Source: an uncultured Acidobacteriota bacterium (lineage in GTDB: Bacteria > Acidobacteriota > Blastocatellia > RBC074). From it: DNA of 64,000 nucleotides. The stretch is taken from assembly GCA_963796275.1 (NCBI GenBank), contig CAWCKY010000006.1:2464001-2528000 (forward strand), given 5' to 3'. The notes beneath the pieces were generated by a model that saw only the letters and a list, made by a program, of their open reading frames with translations, did no database searches and was not told where the DNA came from. Both the position numbers and the translations under genes were made by a program. This document shows, piece by piece, positions 43,042 to 53,354 of this stretch (the first letter of the stretch is position 1; each line of letters opens with the position of its first letter).

Positions 43042-43149
43042 AACTCCGAGTCGCCGTCAACCTACGGGTCCGCTATGCCAAGGGCCTAAGGACGCGTGAC
43101 CGATAGGGTGTGAGGGGAAACGCTCACGCCTCCCGTGCTTGGAAAGGAG
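43042..43149 (+). ncRNA. Moco (molybdenum cofactor) riboswitch
   Basis: CTCCGAG...CCTA...CCTAAG...AGGGTGTGAG-GGAAAC-GCTCACGCCTCCCG...TGGAAAGGAG. P1 sequesters the RBS 5 nt before the ATG at 43155. Confidence 0.88.
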
Positions 43150-43154
43150 AAGGC

Positions 43155-46100
43155 ATGTCAGTTTGGCGGGCGTCGCTAACGCGACGCGGGAATATCCTTC
43201 AAGCCTTCCGTGGATTTTGCGTCTTCCTGACGCCCATATTCACCATTATCTTTCTACTCACCTCGTCTTCTGTCGTGTTGGCGCAAGCCGGCCAGGCGGA
43301 ACTCACCGGCGAGGTACGCGACAGTTCGGGCGCCGGGATCGCGAAGGCGACGATCACCGTGACGCAGATTGAAACGGGGGATGTCACAAAAACGGCATCG
43401 GGGCAAAATGGCGTCTATACCATCACCAATCTGCGTCCCGGTCTCTATACTGTGACCGTCGAGGCAAACAGCTTTCGCCGCTCCGTGCAAGAAGGTGTGC
43501 GGCTGATGACGGGCGAGCGCATACGCCTGGACATGGCTCTGACCGCCGGCGAGATCAACGAGGAGATCAAGGTCACCGGCGACGCTTCGCTGCTGAGGAC
43601 CGAGAGCGGCAGTCTCGGGCAGGTCATTCCGAACCGCCGCATCGTCGATCTGCCGTTGAACGGGCGCAATTTCTTCTCACTTATCTCGCTCGTCCCTGGC
43701 GTCGCCGCGCCTCCGCCGACGACGGCAGGCCCTTCGTTTCCGCGTCTCAACGGCGGCAGACCGCGCGTCAATGAGTACCTCTACGATGGTATCTCTGCGC
43801 TGCAGCCCGAGCCGGGGCAGGTCGCATTCAATCCGGTGATCGATGCCATCCAGGAGTTCAAGGTCGAGGTCAACTCGCCGCCCGCCGAGTTCGGACGCTT
43901 CAACGGAGGCGTCGTCAACTTGACGACCAAATCAGGCACGAATGGATTCCACGGCACGGCGTTTGAATTCTTACGCAACGAAGCGCTCAACGCCCGCAAC
44001 CTGTTTGCGCCCGCGACGCCGGCCAATCCGAATAAGCCGGTTTTTCGCCGCAATCAGTACGGCTTCGCCCTCGGCGGTCCGATCATCAAAGATCGAACCT
44101 TCTTCTTTGGCGATTATCAGGGTGCGCGCCAGCTCATCGGACGAGTTGTAACCTCGAACGTGCCGACGCTCGCGCAGCGCAACGGTAACTTCTCTGCGAA
44201 TCTCGGAGCGCCGCTCTTCCTCCAGACAACGACGACGGGCGGCGTCACGACATCAAGCGCGACGACGACCAATACTGGTGTCCCGATCAACGTCCTTGCT
44301 ACTAACGGTGCTACGATCCAGGCCCGTGTCGGGCAAATCTTCCGCCCGAGCGATAAACTAGCCTATGTGGGCATCGTCAACGGCAACATCGTGGGCAACA
44401 TCATCCCGCTCACCGACTTCGATCCGGTCGCGAGACAACTGCTCGACCGCTATCCGTTGCCGACATCGGCGGGCGCGGCCAACAACTTCCGCCGCGTTGC
44501 CAACGAAGGAACGAATCAGGATCAGTTCGATGTGCGCCTCGATCATCGCTTTTCGGATCGCGACCAGGTCTTCGGGCGCTATTCGTTCTTCAACGAAGAC
44601 GCGACGCCGGTGACGCCGCTGCCTGACGGGAGCGGCGCCATCACACAGGGCGCGCTCGGATTTCAGAAGAGCCGCGGCTATCAGACTGTCGGCAACTACG
44701 TGCACGTTTTCGCCAAGCCGATCGTCAACGAGTTGCGCTTCGGTTATACGCGCCGCTCGATCGACCGCCGAGCGTTGCTGCTCGATGCGCCGCCGTCAGA
44801 GAGCCTGGGGTTACCCGGTATCCCGCAGAATGCGGCTTTTCAGAACGAATTGCCGACCTTCACGATCGCCGGCTTACAACAGCTCGGCCCAACGACGAGC
44901 ACAGACTCGCTCTTCAACACGGATGTGTGGCAGGTCTTCGATTCGGTCGGTTGGCAGCGCGGGCGCCACTCGATGAAGTTCGGCGTCGATTTTCGGATCG
45001 AGCGGCTGAACGTTCTGCAGCCGCCGTCGCCGACAGGCATCTTCAATTTCACCGCGCCTTTCACCAATTCACGAGGGACGGACAATACCATCGGCACACA
45101 GCCGGGCGGTGCGACGACAGGCACCGTGCTGGCCGGGCAGACTGGAAACGCCCTGGGGAGCTTCCTGCTCGGGCAGGTGAGCAACTTCTCGATCGACCTC
45201 CAGCAGGACGTGATTCACCCGCGCGCCCGCATCCTCGAGTTCTTCGCGCAGGACGATTTCAAGGTGACTCCGCGTCTCACCATCAACGCCGGAGTGCGTT
45301 ACACGCTGAACTTCCCATCGACCGAGACCGATAACCAGGGATCGATCTTCAATCTCGAAACGCAACAACTCGAATATCTCGGAGAGAATGGGTTTCCCAG
45401 AGCGGCGCGTCGAGTTGCACAAACTCAACTTCGGGCCGCGCCTCGGGATCGCTTACCGGCTGACCGATCGCACGGTGTTGCGCTCGGGTTACGGTTTGAT
45501 CTGGCAGGAGCAGGCCGGCATCACGACTCCGTTCACGATCCCGCAGTTTCCGTTCATTCAGACCGTCACGCAGCGCTCGCTCGACGGCGTGACGCCAGCG
45601 TTCGTGCTCTCGTCGGGTCCGAACGTCCAGCCCATTCCGCTAACGCCTGATGCGGGATTGGGGCAAGGCGTCTTCTCGGTCGATCGCGATTTGGGAAGCG
45701 GCTACGTCCAGCAATGGAACGTCGCAGTTCAGCGCGAGATCAGCGGCAACCTGGTCGCCGAGGTCGCATATGCGGGGTCGAAGGTCACGCACGTCGGCAT
45801 TCCTGATACGAACATCAATCAACTCACCGCTGAACAACTCGCGCAGGGAAACGCGTTGCTGCAACTGGTGCCGAACCCGTATCTTCGGACAGATCCCGCG
45901 CAATTCCACACTGGGCGACCCGACGATTCCGCGTGCACAGTTGCTACGGCCCTACCCGCGATTCACGGCTGTCAGCCTCTATCGCAACAACGTGGGCAAC
46001 ACGAGCTACCAAGCCCTGCAAGCGAAACTCGAAAAGCGCCTCTCGCGGGGGCTCGCGTTCCTTGTCAGCTATACCCGCTCGAAGCTGATCGACGACGCCG

Positions 46101-46739
46101 GGCAGGTCTTCGATCAGACCATCCAGACCGGACCGGTCGGCAACTTTCCCGTCGCCGACAGTTTCAACCGCGCGCTCGAACGCGACGTCTCGACCGGGGA
46201 CATCCCGAACGTCTTCGTCACCAGCTTCACCTATGAACTGCCGATGGGTAAGGGGCGCGGGTTCAATCTCTCCGGCATTGCCGACAAACTATTCGGCGGA
46301 TGGAATATCAACGGCATGGTTTGGTTGCAGTCGGGGTTGCCGTTCCCGGTCACGCAGATCACGAACTTCAACGCCTTCGCGGGATTCGGCACGCAGCGGC
46401 CGAATATTCTCCGCGATCCGACTCTGGCCGCCGACGAGCGGACGACCGATCGCTGGTTCGACACGTCGGCCTTTGCGGTCGCTCCGCAATTTACGATCGG
46501 GAACTCTTCGCGCAACCCGGTGCGTGGCCCTGGCTACACGCACGGCGGATATCGCGTTTATCAAGCGTACGTATTTCGGTGAGGACATAAACTTCGAATT
46601 CCGCACGGAGATATTCAACCTGACGAACACGCCGCCGCTCGCCAACCCGAACGGCGTGGTTGGCAATGCGGCGTTCGGCACGATCACATCGGCGGGAGAT
46701 CCGCGCGTGATCCAGTTCGGACTGAAGCTGAATTTCTGA
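43155..46739 (+). CDS. TonB-dependent receptor, Oar-like, three frameshifts near 45410, 45880 and 46540
   Basis: LTGEVRDSSG, DLPLNGRNF, AEFGRFNGGVVNLTTKSGTNGFHG, FAQDDFKV; ends PRVIQFGLKLNF*. Confidence 0.88.
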
Positions 46740-46802
46740 GGGAGAAAGATACTCCTTATGACCGGTCACCAATGATTCGAGAGGAGGCGTCAATGAGACT
46801 CC

Positions 46803-47306
46803 ATGATAATCCGCGGAATCCTTTGCTCCCTGATCATAACGTTTTACGCCACAGTTCCTGCCCCGGCGCAGACCGGTGAAACGAAGAAAAGCCTGCGGAT
46901 TAGCGGGGAAGTGGAGCGTCCGCTCACTCTCAAAGCCGAGGACCTGGCCAAATTGCCGCGCCGCAGCGTCAGGGCAAAAGACCACAGCGGAAAGGATTCG
47001 GAGTTCGAGGGCTCGCCGCTGGTCGCGGTCTTAACGCTTGCCGGCGTGAAATTCGGCGAAGATCTGCGCGGCAAGAATCTCGAGCTCTACCTCGTGGTCG
47101 AGGCGGCTGACGGTTATCGGGCGGTCTTCGCGCTGCCGGAACTTGATCCAGCCTATACAGACAAGGTCATCCTGCTGGCGGATAAACGCGACGGCAAGGC
47201 GATGGACGCCAGGGAAGGCCCGCTGAGGATCGTCGTGCCCGACGAGAAACGTCAAGCGCGCTGGGTTCGTCAGGTGACTGGGCTTGTCGTCAAACGCGCG
47301 CAATAA
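46803..47306 (+). CDS. Small exported molybdopterin-oxidoreductase-domain (sulfite oxidase-like) protein
   Basis: Signal peptide; LRISGEVERPLTL..DLAKLP; EAADGYRAVFAL.EL; EGPLRIVVPDEKRQARWVRQV. Confidence 0.78.
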   Translation: MIIRGILCSLIITFYATVPAPAQTGETKKSLRISGEVERPLTLKAEDLAKLPRRSVRAKDHSGKDSEFEGSPLVAVLTLAGVKFGEDLRGKNLELYLVVEAADGYRAVFALPELDPAYTDKVILLADKRDGKAMDAREGPLRIVVPDEKRQARWVRQVTGLVVKRAQ

Positions 47307-47335
47307 GCGGCTATGAACGGCGGTAGTATCGGAGA

Positions 47336-47545
47336 ATGGGAGTATCCCTCTCCCGGGTGAATCGAGGCATGGCCTTAGAGAAATTGGGACGGGATGATGA
47401 AGCGATGGAGGATTACGAGCAGGCTCAGTCGATCATCTTAGCCATTTGCCGGTGGAGCGATGTTACCCGGTATCGGTTGGACATGGGCATCGCGCTGCAG
47501 CATCCCCGGCAATACGAGCAGGCAATTCATGGAATCCATGAATGA
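47336..47545 (+). pseudogene. TPR-repeat fragment
   Basis: NRGMALEKLGRDDEAMEDYEQA is a TPR unit. It is short and degenerate. Confidence 0.45.
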
Positions 47546-47654
47546 CTGAACGCCGTGGAGCCGCTATTTAAAAAATGAAGACCTCTATCCTGTAGTTTCG
47601 CTTTTACCGCTATTCCATATCCGCGCCTGCATGTCATGGACGACTTCTTCAAAT

Positions 47655-47702
47655 TTCCGATAGGGGTTTTCCCGACAGTGCCAGATGTGCATAATGGCGC
47701 GA
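47655..47702 (+). promoter_or_regulatory. Putative promoter for a leaderless transcript, with an upstream quasi-palindrome
   Basis: CGATAGGGGTTTTCCCGA ... ATGTGCATAAT, then 7 nt to the ATG at 47703. Both motifs and the spacing are kept in the degenerate copy at 61771-61820. Confidence 0.5.
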
Positions 47703-49844
47703 ATGTCTATATATCTTAAACACCTTCTCGGAATCATAATTATCGCTTCAATCGCCGGAGCGACCATTCAACCGGTCGCGCTGGCGCAGACGACAGAACC
47801 GAAAGCCCCGATTCGCTTGGAACCGATAACCGTCCACGTTTACAAAGATCCGGACGACGTGCAGCGGCTCCCGGTCAGCGTCACCGGTGTTTCGGAATCC
47901 GTGCTGCGAGGGGCCGGCGTCCTCAGGGTCAGCGACGCTGGAATTCTGGCGCCGAATACTTTTTTCTCGGAGTTCACGGCGCGCAAGCTCAGTAATGCGC
48001 GCTTTCGCGGGATCGGTTCGAGCCCGTCGAATCCCGGCATCACGACCTACATCGACGGTGTACCGCAACTCAATACAAATTCTTCAAGCATCGAGTTACT
48101 GGACATCGAGCAGATAGAATTCGTCCGCGGACCTCAGAGCGCGCTGTTCGGACGCAATACCCTTGGTGGACTCGTCAATATCACGACTCAACGGCCTGAA
48201 ATGAAGGGATGGACGGGCGGTCTCACAGTCCCGCTAGCCAATTACTCGGAATGGGATGCGAGAGCGAACATTTCAGGGCCGATCAGCGAGAAAGCCGGCG
48301 TCCGCGTGACGGTCGGGCGTGGGACGCGCGATGGTTACACGATCAACGATGTCACGGGAAACGATCTGGACTATCGAAGGACGTCCTATGGCAAGGCTCA
48401 ATTGTGGTGGGCGCCAACCAGCAGGTGGGAAGCGCGTTTGATTGTCACCGGCGAGCGGGATCAGGACGGCGATTATGCGCTCAACGACCTGGCGGCACTG
48501 CGCCAGAATCCGTTTCGTTCGTCGCGGGACTTCGAGGGAATAGTGGAGCGGGATGTTCTGGCATCGACCGTTCAGGTCCGTCGGGAAGGGAGCCGTTTTG
48601 CATTCAGCACCACCGCCGGCCTGGTGAACTGGAAGACGCGGGACGTCACCGACCTGGACTACACTGCGCGCCCATTGATCACGCGGGACAATAAAGAAAA
48701 GGATGTACAGTTCACCCAGGAAGTGCGGCTCGCATCGGCTGCCGGCGCCCCCGTCAGATTGGGGGACCGCGTGAGGTTGCGATGGCAGACCGGAGCGTTC
48801 TTCTTCTCGCAGAACTACGATCAGGACGCGATCAATAACTTCTCGCCTTTCCTCCTTTCCCCCCAGGTGGGATTTCCGGTGGCACAGCATTCTCCTCGGT
48901 CGGCGCTGAACGACACGGGCGCTGGCGTGTACGGGCAGATGACGGCGACCTTCAGCGAGAGCTTCGACCTGACGTTCGGCGCCCGCGTCGATCACGAAAA
49001 CAAGCGAGCGGACCTGCGCACGTTTTTCGATCCTGCAATCAGTCCCGAAAACAGAGTAATAGCGAAGAAAGGCTTCTCCAATGTGTCCCCACAGTTGGCG
49101 GCATCGTACCGGTTTGCGGGAAGTCGCATGGTCTATGCGTCGGTCGGCCGCGGATACAAGGCCGGGGGCTTCAATCCTGCATCGCCGGCAGGCAGCGAGG
49201 CCTATGGAGAAGAAGGAGCGTGGCACGTCGAGAGCGGCGTCAAGACACTGCTGGCCGGCGGCAAGTTGTCCGCCAACGCTGCGCTGTTCTACATCGACTG
49301 GAGCGGCTTGCAACTGAATGTGCCGAATCCGGCCGTGCCGGCGCAGTTCTTTATCAGGAACATCGGGCGCGCCACTAGCAAGGGATTCGAAGCCGAGCTC
49401 AACGCGCGGCCTCACGCCAATTTGGATCTTTTCGCCACTTTCGGATTGACGAATGCGCGGTTCGCGGATGCTACGTCTTCTGGAGGAGTCGACGTATCCG
49501 GTAACAAACTGCCCAGCGCGCCGGATCACACCTTCACCGTTGGGGCGCAGGTTACGAAGGACCTCAAAAGCAGCTTCGCACTCTACGGCCGCGGCGAGGT
49601 ATGGTTCAACGGCGGGTTCGAATACAATGACGCCAACACGCAAAGGCAGGAGGCGTATTCACTCGCGAATATCCGAGCCGGATTGCGCGGGCGATATATG
49701 TTTGTGGAAGCATGGATCAAGAACGCGTACGACACTCGGTATATTCCGATCGCTTTCGCCTACGGCAGCTTTGCGCCTTCTGGCTTCGTGGGTGAAATGG
49801 GAGCGCCGCGCCGTATTGGAATCACGATGGGCTTGACGTTTTAA
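47703..49844 (+). CDS. TonB-dependent receptor (siderophore-receptor type)
   Basis: LEPITV TonB box, PVSVT, YIDGVP, IEFVRGPQSALFGRNTLGG, RGYKAGGFN; ends PRRIGITMGLTF. Confidence 0.92.
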   Translation: MSIYLKHLLGIIIIASIAGATIQPVALAQTTEPKAPIRLEPITVHVYKDPDDVQRLPVSVTGVSESVLRGAGVLRVSDAGILAPNTFFSEFTARKLSNARFRGIGSSPSNPGITTYIDGVPQLNTNSSSIELLDIEQIEFVRGPQSALFGRNTLGGLVNITTQRPEMKGWTGGLTVPLANYSEWDARANISGPISEKAGVRVTVGRGTRDGYTINDVTGNDLDYRRTSYGKAQLWWAPTSRWEARLIVTGERDQDGDYALNDLAALRQNPFRSSRDFEGIVERDVLASTVQVRREGSRFAFSTTAGLVNWKTRDVTDLDYTARPLITRDNKEKDVQFTQEVRLASAAGAPVRLGDRVRLRWQTGAFFFSQNYDQDAINNFSPFLLSPQVGFPVAQHSPRSALNDTGAGVYGQMTATFSESFDLTFGARVDHENKRADLRTFFDPAISPENRVIAKKGFSNVSPQLAASYRFAGSRMVYASVGRGYKAGGFNPASPAGSEAYGEEGAWHVESGVKTLLAGGKLSANAALFYIDWSGLQLNVPNPAVPAQFFIRNIGRATSKGFEAELNARPHANLDLFATFGLTNARFADATSSGGVDVSGNKLPSAPDHTFTVGAQVTKDLKSSFALYGRGEVWFNGGFEYNDANTQRQEAYSLANIRAGLRGRYMFVEAWIKNAYDTRYIPIAFAYGSFAPSGFVGEMGAPRRIGITMGLTF

Positions 49845-49898
49845 ATGTTGGGCACCGGTCGCTTCGCGGCGGGAACCTTGATGATTGGAGAGAGACCT

Positions 49899-50684
49899 AT
49901 GAGTCCAGCGATCACGGCGAGACAACTGGATGCCCGGGCGGTTCTGCAATATAAGGAAGACGGATTCCTTATCGTTCGCGGCGTCTTCTCGGCCGATGAA
50001 ATCTCCGCGCTCGACGGAGAGGCGGAGCGCCTTTACCACCGCAGCGACCTCATCGATACCGATAACATCCGCTGCCGCTGGCAAAATCACTTTCAGACGG
50101 GGGAATGCCGCTTCGATTGCTTCGATCCTGTCATCGATCTCAGCTCCGCTTACGAACGCGTTGCGCGCAGCCAGCATCTGCTCGATCTCGTAGGACAGCT
50201 CTACGGAGAGCGTGCGTGTCTCTTCAAGGATAAGCTGATCTTCAAGCCTCCCGGCGCAGAAGGTTACCACCTTCATCAGGATTACATCTCGTGGGATTCC
50301 TTTCCCACCAGCTTTCTCACCGCAGTCGTCGCTATCGATGCCTGCGATCGGGAGAATGGAGCGACCGAGGTCTTTCGCGGCTATCATCTCCGCGGATACA
50401 TGTCGCCCAAGGACGGAATGTATCACCAACTGCCGGACGAATCCGTGGACACATCGGCGGGGGTCGTTTTGACTTTATCTCCCGGCGATGTCGCCATCTT
50501 CAGTGGATATACGCCGCACCGTTCATCTCCCAATCGTTCCGGCCGCAGCCGGCGCCTGCTCTACCTGAGCTACAACGCATTCAGTGATGGCGGCGAACAG
50601 CGTGACCGTCATTACGCCGAGTTTGCGGATTGGCTGAAGGACCGATATGCCGAATACGGCAAGACGATGACGTACTTCCGATAG
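49899..50684 (+). CDS. PhyH-family Fe(II)/2-oxoglutarate dioxygenase
   Basis: YKEDGFLIVRGVFS, FKDKLIFKPPG..YHLHQD (HxD), HRSSPNRS..SRR (His, Arg). GGAGAG RBS. Confidence 0.92.
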   Translation: MSPAITARQLDARAVLQYKEDGFLIVRGVFSADEISALDGEAERLYHRSDLIDTDNIRCRWQNHFQTGECRFDCFDPVIDLSSAYERVARSQHLLDLVGQLYGERACLFKDKLIFKPPGAEGYHLHQDYISWDSFPTSFLTAVVAIDACDRENGATEVFRGYHLRGYMSPKDGMYHQLPDESVDTSAGVVLTLSPGDVAIFSGYTPHRSSPNRSGRSRRLLYLSYNAFSDGGEQRDRHYAEFADWLKDRYAEYGKTMTYFR

Positions 50685-50688
50685 TTCT

Positions 50689-51921
50689 ATGAGCTTGATC
50701 AACTCTTGTATAAACGTCCTGATCGCCGCGTTAATTATGGTTGCAACGCTGCCCGGCAGGACACAGGGTTTGGGACTGATTACCGAGCCGCTGCTGCGCG
50801 ATCTGAATGTGGACCGTGTCACGTATGCCCACATTAACCTATGGGCGACACTTCTCGGGGCGATTGTTTGCCTGCCCGCCGGAAGGATCTTCGATCGATT
50901 GGGCCTGCGAATCGCGACCACATTGATCACGGCGCTGCTAAGCTTCGTTGTATGGCAAATGAGCGGCCTCGCGGGCGGAATCGCGGCTCTCTTCGTCCTG
51001 GTCTTTGCGACCCGCGCGCTCGGGCAGAGCGCACTTTCAGTTGCGAGCATCACGCTCGTGGGGAAAGCGTTCGATCGCCGCGTCGGTTTCGCCATGGGCG
51101 TCTATTCCGTGCTCTTGAGCATGTTTTTTGCAGGCGCATTCATCATTGTCGGCAGCGTCGTGCGCAATACCGGCTGGCGCGAAGCCTGGTCAGGAATCGC
51201 ATTGGTGTTGGTCTTGTTTATCGCGCCCGCTGTGCTGGTGTTTATTCGTGAGCCCGGCAGAGCCTCGCCCGCGCAAGAGGAGAAAGGCGCCGCCGGAGGC
51301 GAAGATCTCTCGTTGCGAGATGCCCTGGGGACATCCGCCTTCTGGGTATTCGCAGGCGCAACCTCTCTCTATGGCCTGGTGGCTTCGGGGCTGGGGTTGT
51401 TTAACGAAGCTCTGCTGGCCGAACGCGGCTTCAGCCAGGAGACTTATCATAAGTTTCTGGCGGGAACGGCAATCATTGCGCTGTTCGGGCAGCTCGGCTG
51501 CGGTCTGATGACGTTGCGGTGGTCGATGCAGCGGCTTGCCGCCTACGCTTTGTTCGCGTACGCGGTGGCATTGGTCGCGTTTCCTTTTTTGACGACGCTG
51601 CCCCAGCTCTGGGGGTTTGCGGCACTGATGGGTTTCTCCGGCGGAATGATCACCGTGATCTTCTTTGCCATCTGGCGCCGCGCCTATGGGATGACGCACC
51701 TGGGCCGGATTCAGGGGGCCGCCCAGATGCTGACCGTCCTGGCTTCAGCCATCGGGCCGTTGCTGTTCGCGAAAAGCGTAGAGCTGACGGGTTCTTATAT
51801 GCCGGTTCTGCGATTGCTCGCGCCCGCAGTCGCTTTGTTGGGCATTGCTGCATTGCGCGTGCGCTTGCCTTTGACACCGGCGCCCGTCGAAGCTGCGCCG
51901 GATCACGTAGCCGTAAGATGA
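50689..51921 (+). CDS. MFS transporter
   Basis: About 12 hydrophobic segments; GRIFDRLGLR motif A; YGMTHLGRIQG. Confidence 0.9.
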   Translation: MSLINSCINVLIAALIMVATLPGRTQGLGLITEPLLRDLNVDRVTYAHINLWATLLGAIVCLPAGRIFDRLGLRIATTLITALLSFVVWQMSGLAGGIAALFVLVFATRALGQSALSVASITLVGKAFDRRVGFAMGVYSVLLSMFFAGAFIIVGSVVRNTGWREAWSGIALVLVLFIAPAVLVFIREPGRASPAQEEKGAAGGEDLSLRDALGTSAFWVFAGATSLYGLVASGLGLFNEALLAERGFSQETYHKFLAGTAIIALFGQLGCGLMTLRWSMQRLAAYALFAYAVALVAFPFLTTLPQLWGFAALMGFSGGMITVIFFAIWRRAYGMTHLGRIQGAAQMLTVLASAIGPLLFAKSVELTGSYMPVLRLLAPAVALLGIAALRVRLPLTPAPVEAAPDHVAVR

Positions 51922-51938
51922 AGGTATAGGGAGGTCGT

Positions 51939-53003
51939 ATGACAGCTATTGATGCTTCGCTTATCAAATTTCACATTTCGCTCACTGCCAGCAACCTTGA
52001 CCGTTCTATCGCATTCTACCGCGCTCTTCTCGGTACGGAACCGGCAAAGGTCCGTGATGATTACGCCAAGTTCGAGCTTGCCGAACCGCCGCTCGTTCTA
52101 TCGTTAATCCCCGGTGGTGTCGGCGGAAACGTCAACCATGCGGGATTGCGCGTACGAACCGCCGATGAACTGGTAGACATTCAGCGGCGGCTCGAGATTG
52201 CAGGCATCGTGACCCAGCGCGAGGAGGGAGTTGAGTGCTGCTATGCCCTGCAGACCAAGTTTTGGGTCGCCGATCCGGATCGGATGCTGTGGGAGGTTTA
52301 TCTTTTCCATGAAGATATCGACGAACGTGGAGACGCCACCGTTCCGGTCGCAGCGCTCAACGCTCCAGTTTCTCTATCGTCAAAGCCGCTCTCGAACTGG
52401 ACGCACCGTCTGGGCAGCGCTTTCCCCGACCGAATTCCTCATGACGACAACTCGCTGAATGAAGTGTTGCTTGAAGGAAGCTTCAACGCGGAGCGTGACA
52501 ATGTAAACCGCGACAAGCTGATGGCCGAAGCGCTGCGGGTGCTGCGGCCCGGCGGTGAAATACGATTGCACATGCTGACAGGCGACTCTTCCGGAAATTA
52601 CGGAAAGCTTTCTCTACCGGGTCCGGCATCGGCTGTAGGGTACGCGCCGATGCCATCAGAGCTGACGGCCGCTCTGACTCGATCGGGGTTCCGCGACGTT
52701 CACATCGTCCTGCTATCGCAAAAGCCGTGTTTCGTGGCTGAAGGAGTGGCGATGCGCGAGTGCCGCATCCAGGCGAGGAAACCCGGCCACCGGACGCAGC
52801 AGAAACAGCATCACGCGGTCTATCGCGGGCCTCTAGCCGAAGTAACGGACGACTACGGCAACGTGTTTCGGCGGGGAGAACTCACGCCGTTGAATGTGCA
52901 CGACTGGCAGATGCTATCGAAGGGAGACGCGGCTGCATCATTCGTGTTCATGACGCCGGGTGAGAGGAGCGAGGCTGCTTGCTCTTCAGTCGTTGACCTA
53001 TGA
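51939..53003 (+). CDS. arsI: ArsI/CadI-family VOC metalloenzyme fused to a methyltransferase-like (ArsM C-terminal-like) module
   Basis: KFHISL..FYRALLG.EPAK...YAKF..EPPL; NHAGLRV; ECCYALQTKFWVADPD..WEVY. Then AEALRVLRPGG and AVYRGPLAEVTDDYGNVFRRGE. Confidence 0.82.
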   Translation: MTAIDASLIKFHISLTASNLDRSIAFYRALLGTEPAKVRDDYAKFELAEPPLVLSLIPGGVGGNVNHAGLRVRTADELVDIQRRLEIAGIVTQREEGVECCYALQTKFWVADPDRMLWEVYLFHEDIDERGDATVPVAALNAPVSLSSKPLSNWTHRLGSAFPDRIPHDDNSLNEVLLEGSFNAERDNVNRDKLMAEALRVLRPGGEIRLHMLTGDSSGNYGKLSLPGPASAVGYAPMPSELTAALTRSGFRDVHIVLLSQKPCFVAEGVAMRECRIQARKPGHRTQQKQHHAVYRGPLAEVTDDYGNVFRRGELTPLNVHDWQMLSKGDAAASFVFMTPGERSEAACSSVVDL

Positions 53004-53354
53004 TGTTCGTTGATCGAACTGGAAGCTGCAACAGCCAAGATCCAGCACGCGCGCGTGTGCACGGCTGCGCCTGATTCTTTCCGGTACGACGTACAGGTGC
53101 TCCCGCCCATGTTTTTCGAGGTCGAGCAGTCCTGCTTCCCGAAGGATCCTGAGGTGTCTCGAAACGTTGTAGTACTCCAAGCCCAACCGGCGCGCAATTT
53201 CGCAGACGCCGAGAGGAGCGTCCATTAACAGACCGATGATGCGAACGCGATTGTCCTCGCCGAGCGCCTTGAGCGCATTCACGCAGTCGCCCCCGTCATA
53301 AAGCGGCAAATCGGGCTGCTTCTTCGCGATTCTTTGAGTGATAGATTTGCCCAT
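52998..53354 (-). CDS. ArsR/SmtB family regulator with C-terminal Cys-Cys
   Basis: LKALGEDNRVRII.LL...VCEIA..L....VSRHLRILREAGL; ends LDLGCCSFQF. Confidence 0.9.
   Translation of the reverse strand: MGKSITQRIAKKQPDLPLYDGGDCVNALKALGEDNRVRIIGLLMDAPLGVCEIARRLGLEYYNVSRHLRILREAGLLDLEKHGREHLYVVPERIRRSRAHARVLDLGCCSFQFDQRTS

Noticed and set aside
48273-49643. 456-aa antisense ORF inside the TonB receptor, and similar shadow ORFs across the window
   Set aside because: These are expected from high-GC codon bias, have no motifs and lie fully opposite well-supported genes.
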